DNA of 64,000 bases from Octopus sinensis (Eukaryota): positions 1 through 64,000 of the forward strand of contig NW_021836308.1 in NCBI RefSeq assembly GCF_006345805.1. The letters run 5' to 3'. The notes below the pieces were generated by a model that did not search any database, was not told the origin of the DNA, and worked only from the letters and a program-made list of their open reading frames with translations. The position numbers and the translations under genes were made by a program. Shown piece by piece: positions 13,770 through 24,500 of the stretch. Positions within the stretch are counted from its first letter, which is position 1. Each line of letters opens with the position of its first letter.

Positions 13770-15462
13770 TTACTTACTCCATCAGTCTCTTTTGGCAAAA
13801 CACACTAAGAGCATAAACAAACCAGCACCAGTTATCAAGTGGTGGTGGGTGAAAGACACACACATTTACATATATGTGGCTCCCGTGCTGGTGGCACATA
13901 AAAAGCACCATTCGAGTGTGATCATTGCCAGCGTCGCCTTACTGGCTCTCATGCTGGTGGCATGTAAAAAACACATTTTGAGTGTGGTCGTTGGCTGTGG
14001 TCAGCTGTAACCATCTTGAAAAGTGAATGTGAGTGTGATTGTGGCTGATGACTGAGTAAAGATGAGCTCATTCGGGATTGAGCAGAGTAAAACAAAAACA
14101 ACATACTATGTAGAAGAAAATGAAGGGGCCTCTACATGGTTACTTATGTTGTTAGAAATAGTAGCCTAATTTCCCTCTAATCACACACTACAGACCTAAA
14201 TAAAAAAAAGATATAAAAATAATGTAGCCCTTTATAACTCCCAAAAAGACAGGTTGGTTAGGGTTGTAGTGCCTTGGGTGAACCAATTCCTTGTGAGTAA
14301 ATTTGGAAGACATAAACAGTATGGAAGCCCGTCACACACACACACGTATGTGTGTATATATATATATATACACAGACACACATACGTGTGTGTGTGTGTG
14401 TGCATGTCTGTCCCTACCACTGCTTGATAAGTACTGTTGGTTTGTTTACATCACCGTAACTTTGGTAAAGTTTGGTAAAGAAGATGAACAAATTTAAGAA
14501 AATAAGTGCTGTGGGTAGGGTGTGTGTGTGATCTATTTGACTAAAACTCTTCAAGGGCTGTACTCAGCACAGCTAAAGTACAGTGACTGAAACAACTCCA
14601 AAAAAAAAAAAAAAAAATAGTGGCTGTGTGGTAAGTAGCTTGTTTACCAACCACATGGTTCCGGGTTCAGTCCTACTGCGTGGCATCTTGGGCAAGTCCT
14701 TCTACTATAGCCTCGGGCCAACCAAAGCCTTGTGAGTGGATTTGGTAGACGGAAATTGAAAGAAGCTCATCGAATAACATATATATATATATATATATAC
14801 ATGTGTGTGTTTGTGTGTATGTGTTTGTCCCCCTAGCATTGTCTGACAACCAATGCTGGTGCGTTTATGTCCCTGTTACTTAGCGGTTCGGCAAAAGAGA
14901 CGGATACAATAAGTACTGGGCTTACAAAAGAATAAGTCCCGGGGTCGAGTTGCTCAATTAAAGGCAGTGCTCCAGCATGGCAGCAGTCAAATGACTGAAA
15001 CAAATAAAAGAGAGAGAGAGAAAGAGATGTGCTATCTACAACATATATATGCAAATTAAAGTAACCTCCACATACAAATTAAAGTAACTGCCACATACAC
15101 AGTAATTGTGTAATTGCCAACAGCAATATTCAGCAGCCTAATGTCCTATGTCCTGGAGAAAGATCAACTCTGAAGAGTGATCAACAAACTGTGAAACAGT
15201 CTGTCAAGAAACTCCTCCACTCTTTTTTCTGCACATTGAAAGCATAGAAGGAATATAATTACATTCCTATATAGTTTCTTTTGAGGGTTGGTGACAGGAA
15301 GGGCATCCAGCTATAGAACATCTCCATCCAACAATTTCCCTCCAGCCTATGCAAGCATGGAAAACTGGATATCAAAATCCAGTTCTATATTTAAGAGATG
15401 AGGAATTATGTACATTATTTACATTATTTACATTGATATTTGCGCTCAACTTGTTTGTTGTC

Positions 15463-15507
15463 AACACAACGTTTCGGCTGATGTACCTCCAGCCTTCATC
15501 AGGTGTC
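15463..15507 (-). ncRNA. Minimal type I hammerhead ribozyme, intact core
   Basis: GACAC-CUGAUGA-A-GGCUG(gaggUacaU)CAGCC-GAAA-C-GUU-GUGUU: stem I 5 bp, stem II 5 bp, palindromic ACGU stem III. Confidence 0.75.
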
Positions 15508-15807
15508 TTGGAGAAATTTCGAACCTGGGTTCCCATTCCTAAGGTATTTTTCAATGTTGTTATTATTATTATTATTATTATTATTCAGGTCACTGCTTGG
15601 AATCGAAGTTGGAATCTTGGGGTTAGCAGCCCGCGCTCTTAACCAAGATATTATTATTCAGCAGTGACCTGAAGAAGAAGAAAAAGGAGGAAGAGGAGAA
15701 GGAGGATGAGGATGAGGATGATGATGATGATGATAATAATAATAATAATAATGACAACATCAAAAAATACCTTAGGAATGAGATACCCAAGTTTGAAATT
15801 TCTCCAA

Positions 15808-15853
15808 AACACCTGATGAAGGCCGGAGAGTATATCAGCCAAAACGTTGTGTT
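15808..15853 (+). ncRNA. Hammerhead ribozyme copy, G12-to-A mutated (probably inactive)
   Basis: AACAC-CUGAUGA-A-GGC...GCC-AAAA-CGUU-GUGUU; inverted paralog of 15463-15507. Confidence 0.65.
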
Positions 15854-15982
15854 AACAACAAACAAGATGAGGACAAATAGCCGTCAAATGTAACTAATGT
15901 AAATAATGGATGTCAAAATGTTCAGATAAGAATAATAAAAGTTTTAGAATTTGCATTAATGCTACCATTGTTCATTAAATTG

Positions 15983-16915
15983 TCAGATGGTTAGTATTTG
16001 ATGTGATGGGTTCAAATTCTCTACCAACACATAATCAAGGCTACAGTTAGTTTTAGAATCTTCAATGGAATTCAGTATTTTGGTTGGTATGTTTTGTTCT
16101 TGAGGAATATCAGCTGGTGTTTGCTGTACAGGAAACAAATTATCATCTGATACATACTCAGGAATAACCGTATTTTCAGAATCTTCAACAGCTTTTGTAT
16201 ATTCAGCGGTTACATACCCAGGATTATCGTAACTTTTAGAATCCTTGCTCTCTTCTTCGAAACTTTCATTTGGTGTTTGTGGTAACATAGAAAAAATTGG
16301 ATCTGATGTGTTTGTAGTTGGCATATCATTGCTTGTAGAGTATCCAAGGGAATTGCTATCTTTGCCTGGTAGAAACATTTCATTAGAATTGCTTGGTGTT
16401 GTTTCAGGTGACTGACAATGATCCCCAACTATTACATATCCAGGACATCCAACCATGTTTAATTCTATGTTTTCAGGAGTGACACCAGCATGATCTTTTG
16501 TTAAGTTGTTCCCTGCTTCCTGTTCCACTGCAAACATATATTTAATTCCAACATTTTCAGATAAATTTTCTGGATTTTTCATCTCAGAGTTTTCTGGGTT
16601 TTTCATCTCAGAGTTTTCTGGGATTTCATTAAAATTCCCAGGATTTTCAGAATTAACATCACGTACACTTTTGTCTTGGACTTCATGATGTTCTTCTAGG
16701 TTATTATGTTCTTTGTCATTAGCAGAATAAGATGGAATTGACTCAGATGATACAAGAGAAGTGGTTGTATTAGCTGAAGTGTCACAATCATTTTCCAATA
16801 TACCAGTACTGTTTGAATCAAGTCCAACTCTCATGTAGGATTTTAAATTTGATATTCCGTTGGCTTTGTTTTGATGTTCCTTTGTGTCTTTACTTTCTAT
16901 TGTAGCATATTCATG
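15983..16915 (-). CDS. Receptor terminal exon (310-aa acidic/Ser-rich cytoplasmic tail)
   Basis: ctttttctcttttccag|CAT GAA TAT; long clean ORF ending HQILTI*; many Tyr motifs; internal NPENSEMK repeat. Confidence 0.9.
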   Translation of the reverse strand, partial: HEYATIESKDTKEHQNKANGISNLKSYMRVGLDSNSTGILENDCDTSANTTTSLVSSESIPSYSANDKEHNNLEEHHEVQDKSVRDVNSENPGNFNEIPENSEMKNPENSEMKNPENLSENVGIKYMFAVEQEAGNNLTKDHAGVTPENIELNMVGCPGYVIVGDHCQSPETTPSNSNEMFLPGKDSNSLGYSTSNDMPTTNTSDPIFSMLPQTPNESFEEESKDSKSYDNPGYVTAEYTKAVEDSENTVIPEYVSDDNLFPVQQTPADIPQEQNIPTKILNSIEDSKTNCSLDYVLVENLNPSHQILTI

Positions 16916-19900
16916 CTGGAAAAGAGAAAAAGGTAACAGCCTCATTAATATTGTAATTGTGAAAAACAACGAATACTCAGAAAAAAATGCAATAATAACA
17001 CATATTTATTTTTGTTTGTTTTAAATCCGTTTTTTCCATGCTTGCATGGGTTAGATGAGTATGTTATTAAGATGTAGCTTTTAAAGCCAAATGCTCTTCT
17101 AGTTGCTAATCCTTGACTGTTTTCTCAGTAAGGGATCTCTTACTCTTTTATTCTTTTACTTGTTTCAGTCATTTGACTGTGGCTATGCTGGAGCACTGCC
17201 TTTAGTCGAGGAAATCGACCCCAGGACTATTCTTTGTAAGCCTAGTACATATTCTATCGGTCTCTTTTGCCGAACCGCTAAGTTACAGGGATGTAAACAC
17301 ACCAGCATCAGTTGTCAAGCGATGTTGGGGGGAACAAACACAAACACACACATACACACACACACAGACACACATATATATACATATACATATATACGGC
17401 GGGCTTCTTTCAGTTTCTGTCTACCAAAGCCACTCACACAGATTTGGTCGGCCTGAGGCTATAGTAGAAGACACTTTCCCAAGGTGCCATGCAGTGGGAC
17501 TGAACCCAGAACCATGTGGTTGGTAAACAAGTTACTTACCACACACCCACTCCTACACCTACTGTATGTGATTTGAAGGCATAATGTCAGCAGATGATTT
17601 GTTAACAAGAAAACGTGTAAACAAACAGTTTGTGGAATGAATGACAGAACAGCAGCTACTGACAAAGGCAATTTTGGATTTAAATCTTGCAAAAGACCCC
17701 AAATAATAAGTACAGGGATCCTTTAGAGCCAGACCTCTTTAACCCATTAACATTTAAAGAAGCCATATTCAACACAAATATTCAACCTGTTTTATATTCA
17801 AACTGGCAAGATCTGGCCTTTCACACCTACCCTACAATGTAAAGCCATTCTAAAAATAAATAATTACATCACTGAAAATTCAAAGCTACAAGGTAAAGCA
17901 TGATTAATTCAAAACAATGGGGTTACAGACAAGTACTGAACCATGAATCCTTTGATATAAAGCTACACACACACATCATCATCATCATCTTCGTTTAATG
18001 TCCACCTTCCACACTGGTATGGGTGGGATGATTTGACAGGAGCTGGCCAGGCAGGAGCCTGCACCAGGCCTCTATAACTGTTTTGGCAGGATTTTTACGG
18101 CTGGATACCCTTCCCAACACCAACCACCCCGTACAGTGGACCATTCTAGTGGTCTCCTAGGAAGCGGAAGCTATCAACTAATTTCTTCCCCTGGAGTGTG
18201 ATGGAATCTGTTTTCTGAGCATCTGTGGTGTCTATTACCCCTGTGCATCTGCCGCACACGAAAGCTATCTTCTTGGTTAATCTTCCTTAGATGTTGCTGC
18301 ATCTCTTATGTGTCCATAGCTGACGCTGGGTACATCTTATGGAGCTTAAAGACAAAGAGAGGAAGAAAGAGCTGTTAAAGCCAAACACCATCATGTTGAA
18401 TGGTTGTTATTTTAAAATATATATATATATATATATACACATAATTTGCCGATATCGACCCAGCGACAGATTAGAAAGCATGTTTTGATGTGGATGAAGT
18501 ATGTTTCTTCTCCCTCTCTTACATTTTTCAATATATTGAATACCTTGGATTACAAATTGATGTGGATAAGTGAAGGTAAATCATCATCATCATCATCATC
18601 ATCGTTTAGCGTCCGCTTTTCATGCTGGCATGGGTTGGACGGTGCAACTGGGGTCTGGGAAGCCAGAAGGCTGCACCAGGCCCAGTCTGATCTGGCAATG
18701 TTTCTACGGCTGGATGCTCTTCCTAACGCCAACCACTCCATGAGTGTAGTGGGTGCTTTTTACGTGCCACCGACACAGGTGCCAGATGGGGCTGGCAAAT
18801 GGCCACAATCGGATGGTGCTTTTTACATGCCACTGGCACGGAAGCCAGTCAGGGCAGCGCTGGCAACAGCCACATTCGGATGGTTCTCTAAATATGTTTT
18901 GCATTTATTCTTAAAATATGCTATATACAATTGAAGATCGGAAAATGTACTTCTAAATTAAATTAATTTTTAAAAATTGATTTATTTAGTTTTATTAGTT
19001 ATTGTGGTTAATACAAAACTAGTTTCACGATTAATCTACAAACTAAATAAATCAATTTTTAAAAATTAATTTAATTTAGAAGTACATTTTCCGATCTTCA
19101 GTTGTATATAGCACTAGCAGTATCGCCCGGTGTTGCTCGGGTTTGTAAGGGAAATAACTATATAAGCATTTTTAGAGATGTAATGTATAATAGCCATCTC
19201 AATATGGCTAACCACAAAGGGGGGGGGGTTACTGTAGCTTTTTACGTTCTGAGATTTAATAATAAATTTTTAGAGAGTTACTTCCCTTATATATGCCAAA
19301 AATGCATTAAAAATGGGAAAAATTGATGGTAAATTTTTTTTAAAATCGTAGATGCGCGCTAATACCCAGATGGGCTCGATATGAATCACGACTATAAGAT
19401 ACCCGCTTTTGGTTAAACTGCACCGCAAAATGTGGGAGTAGTTAGGAATCTAAATCGTAGGAGACAGACAGCACACAACCTCACTTTTATATATAAATAT
19501 ATTTTAAAAATTCATTTTGCCTGTCTTACATCATTATATGTGAATACAGCCCAGCTCTGAGATACTTAAAACTTCGCTTGCCTCAGCGATGTTCTACTAA
19601 CATGCAGAATGCATAGGTATGAGTTTCTTGAGAGGACCAATGCTTTAGTCTTTACAACACCTTACCTCAGCAGAGAACCTATTTATAAAATTAGATTTAT
19701 TTAATTAAGTGTACTCTTCCCTTACAAACTAATGGTCTTATGCTAATGTATAAAAAACACAAAAACAAATGTTAGCTTTATTATCAACAAAGTAAATTTT
19801 AAATTACTTACATTATAAGTTGAATTACAAGTACCATAAGATCCAACATTCTGAAATTTAACAACAAAAACAGAATTAATAACAAAGGTAAAATATATGA

Positions 19901-21531
19901 AACACAAGCACCACAAAATATAAAACATCTGTGACACATAAAACCTACTAAAGGTATTTCTTTAGTAAGAGGAAACATTCTTCAGGTATAACTTTAAAAT
20001 TAATAATTATTTTGGTTACCAATATAGGTGCAGGAGTGGCTGTGTGGTAAGTAGCTTGCTTACCAACCACATGGTTCCGGGTTCGTTCCCACTGCGTGAC
20101 ACCTTGGGCAAGTGTCTTCGACCAAAGCCTTGTGAGTGGATTTGGTAGACGGAAACTGAAAGAGACCCGTCGTATATATGTATATGTATATATATATGTG
20201 TATGTGTGTGTTTGTGTTTGTTCCCCCCAACATCGCTTGGGACGAGGTAGTGAAGCACGACCTTTGAACTTTAGGTCTCACCAAGGAAATAACTAGAGAC
20301 CGAGACCTATGGAAGTATGCTGTGCGTGAGAAGACCCGGCAAGACTAGTGAGACCATAACCCGTGGCCTCTACCTGGTATGTAGCCAGTCGACTTATACA
20401 TACCTTTCCTTCTTGGGACACAAAACTCCACTTGTGAAGACCCGTTGAGGCAAGTGAGAATCAAAATCAAACCAAATCAAATCAGATATCAGAAAGCAGA
20501 ACCAAAATCGAAGTCGATCAACATCAATGGAAATTGCAGCTGTGATACCAGTGCCGGTGACAAGTAAGCGAACCATCCGATCGTGGCCGTTGCCAGCGCC
20601 GCCCCGACTGGCCTCCGTGCCGGTGGCACGTAAAAAGCACCATCCGTTCATGGCCGTTGCCAGCCTCGCCTGGCCCCTGTGCCGGTGGCATGTAAAAAGC
20701 ACCATCCGTTCATGGCCGTTTGCCAGCCCCGTCTGGCACCTGTGCGGGTGGCATGTAAAAAAAGCACCCACTACACTCAGACGAAATACTGCTAAGCATT
20801 TCGCCTGGCATGCTAATGATTCTGCCAGCTCACCACCCTATTATATTTCTGTCTGATCTTTTTCATGTCTGTGTGTGGGTGGTGGCTGTAGCAGAGAAAA
20901 ACCCATGGATAATTAGAGCAAGGCATTTTATGCTGATCGTGAACAACAATTATGTTGAAGACAAGACGGCCAGTCAGAGTTATGATGGACAATGACAACT
21001 ACTACACTACTACTACTACTATTACAACCACCACCACCACCACCACCACTATTACTACCACTATTCCTACCGCAACCACCACCACAAACACCAAGACTAC
21101 TACGACGACGACAACCACCACCATCACAACCACAATCACCACCACCGCTGCCATCACCACTGCCGCTGCCACCACCACCACTGCCGCCACAACCATTGCC
21201 ACCACCACCACCACCATCACCACCATTATTACTGCTATTATTTCTACTACTTACCTCTTCAGGCAATTCAATGTCAATGGCCTCTTTGCCCTTTTTGTAT
21301 CTGAAATTTAAAGAATAATGAAATAATAATAGTTCAAGAGAGATCACAATAGAAGAATAACATATATCTTACAACATATTTTAATTTGTAACAGATATGT
21401 TCACACACATACGAAGACACACAGTAAGGTCAGACAGATCATACCCACCCTAGTATCAAGTATAGCACAAAGCAGAACATGCATGCATGTATGTATGTAT
21501 GTATGTATATGTGTGTGTGAGTGGATATATA

Positions 21532-21570
<39 letters not shown>

Positions 21571-24500
21571 CACAATGAGATACCTTTATCTACAGGCTGA
21601 AACAGCTGTAAGATCCATTTTATATGTATTATTTTTATGGTATTATCTTACTTATTGATATTGTTTTATTCTGTTGGATTCGGATGTTCCTATTTAAGTA
21701 GTTAATAAATAATTTGAATTGGTATTATCTGTAAGTTGATGATTGAAAGGAATCTGTTCCTTCATTTTCTTATATATATATATATATATAATTAATTAGA
21801 AATATTGAATTTCTAAATGTCTCAATGAGACATGAGAGGTGGTGAAGCGATAGAGTGGTTGTATAAAGTGAACTTAACATGACAGTCTCATAGAGGGAAT
21901 TACACCACCACTATATAGCCCTAGGAAGCATTGATGCTTCCTGTCGGCTTTGACACATTCCTGTGTCCTTATATTTGCAAGGGGGAGGCAAGCACTCCCA
22001 CCAGCTAGAACTAGCAACCTGGAGACATGCATGTTTCTGGGTCTTGCCCGTCATCAGTCCAGAGTAGCGTGTCCTCGCTAGCGGTGATACTTGCCTAGCC
22101 CTCGCAAATATATATATATTTACAGTGAAATCTATTCACTGGTCACCGTAATTAGAAATATTGATTTTCTAAATTTCTCAACAAGACATGAGCAGTGGTG
22201 GAGTGGTAGAATGGTTGTATAAAGTCAACATAATGTGACAGTCCCGTAGAGAGAATTTCACTGTAAATATTTATATTTGCAAGCTGGCAGAAACATTAGC
22301 ATGCCGGGCGAAATGCTTAGCAGTATTTCATCTGCCGCTACGTTCTGAGTTCAAACTCCGCCGAGGTCGACTTTGCCTTTCATCCTTTCGGGGTCGATAA
22401 ATTAAGTACCAGTTATGCACTGGGTTCGATGTAATCGACTTAATACCTTCGTCTGTCCTTGTTTGTCCCCTCTGTGTGTAGCTCCTTGTGGGCAGTAAAG
22501 AAATAAGTGTCACCGCTAGCGAGGACACGCTACCCTGGACTGACTTTATACAACCACTCTATTGCTCGAACTTCAGTATGCTGATGACAGAGCAGTCTGC
22601 CATTCCAGAGAACAGCTTCAACATTTGGTGAATAATTTCACCAATGCTTACGCTTGGTTTTACCTAAAGGTCAACATCTAAAGACAAAAATCCTGTCACA
22701 ACCCGTTCTAAAGTCAAGAAAGTCCAGACTTCAACATTACCATCTTGGAGACGCCACTGGAGAAAGTCAACCACTTTTTATACTTAGGAAGTTTGCTTTC
22801 AAACAAGTGCACATTGGAAAAGGATATGGAGAAATGATTAAGAGTGGCTCAAACAGTGTTTAGTGGACTCACAAAAAGGGTCTTTAGGAACAAAGATCTG
22901 AACCATCAAGCAAAATTGAGTGTCTACCAAGCAGTCGTGATCTCCACTCTCCTCTATGGTTGTGAATCCTGAACTCTTTATCAAAGTGACATCAGAAAAC
23001 TAGAGCGATGAAGGATATCCATAATATCCCAGAAACAGCTGTAAGACTATATCTAAATCTTTTTCCTTTTAAATGTCCTGGAAACTCCTCACAGCCTTGG
23101 CTTTATTATCTCGTTTTCTCTAACATATATATGCATGCTTATACAAGACCCACATTAGATTCCTCACTCGTATCACTATTGAACCAAGAGTTTAACTATG
23201 GACTGTCCATAGCGCTTACTTAGCATTACCTGACACTCCGTGGGTCTTCTAGATACCAATACCTCTCATATATATAAATATATATACACACACACACACA
23301 CACGCATATATACACACACAAACTCTCACACACATACGCACACACACATAGATATGTGTAAAGACAAAGTTTAGAAATGAGTTAATTCTTAAGTAATTGC
23401 AATTAATTGCAATTATTATGGAAAGGGAGGAGATAGGGAATATAGAGGGGAAATAAGAGAATGAAAGTAGAAATAAAAGTAATTGCATGGTTCTGGGTTC
23501 AGTCCCACTGCATGGCACCTTGGGCAAGTGTCTTCTACAATAGCCTTGGGCCAACCAAAACTTTGTGAATGGATTTGGTAGACGGAAACTGAAAGAAGCC
23601 TGTCATATATATGTATATATATATATGTATGTGTGTGTTTGTGTGTCTGTGTTTGTCCCCCTCCCAATGTCGCTTGACAACCGATGCTGGTGTGTTTATG
23701 TCCCCGTTACTAAGCGGTTCGGCAAAAGAGACCGATAGAATAAGTACTGGGCTTACAAAAAGAATAAGTCCTGGGGTCGATTTGCTCGACTAAAGGCGGT
23801 GCTCCAGCATGGCCACAGTCAAATGATTGAAACAAATAAAAGAGTAAAAGAGGAAAAGAGGGTATCTAAAACTTACTTCATTATACAGTATATAAAAACT
23901 GCGATAAGACCTATGCCAATCAAGGTTCCAAACAATCCACCGACGATAGCAGGTGTGTTATTTTCATCAGCTGCAAAAGAAAATAGAAAAATTAAAATTA
24001 AATAAAGTTCAGGATTAAATAAAATAGGCGCAGGAGTGGCTGTGTGGTAAGTAGCTTACTAACCAACCACATGGTTCCGGGTTCAGTCCCACTGCGTGGC
24101 ATCTTGGGCAAGTGTCTTCTGCTATAGCCCCAGGCCGACCAATGCCTTGTGAGTGGATTTGGTAGACGGAAACTGAAAGAAGCCTGTCATATATATGTAT
24201 ATATATATATGTATGTGTGTGTGTTTGTGTGTCTGTGTTTGTCCCCCTAGCATTGCTTGACAACCGATGCTGGTGTGTTTATGTCCCCGTTACTAAGCGG
24301 TTCGGCAAAAGAGACCGATAGAATAAGTACTGGGCTTACAAAAAGAATAAGTCCTGGGGTCGATTTGCTCGACTAAAGGCGGTGCTCCAGCATGGCTGCA
24401 GTCAAATGACTGAAACAAGTAAAAGAGTAAAAGAGAGAGAGAGTTCATAATTACTTTTGACAATGCCTATGTCTGTTTTTGAAGGATTTATAAATCTGAT

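Noticed and set aside
20928-21347. Long Thr-, Pro-, Gly-, His/Thr- and Ile/Tyr-rich ORFs (also 28905-29737, 39338-40687, 52146-52854, 60230-60635)
   Set aside because: Translations of microsatellites, apart from the 46-nt exon embedded at 21255-21300
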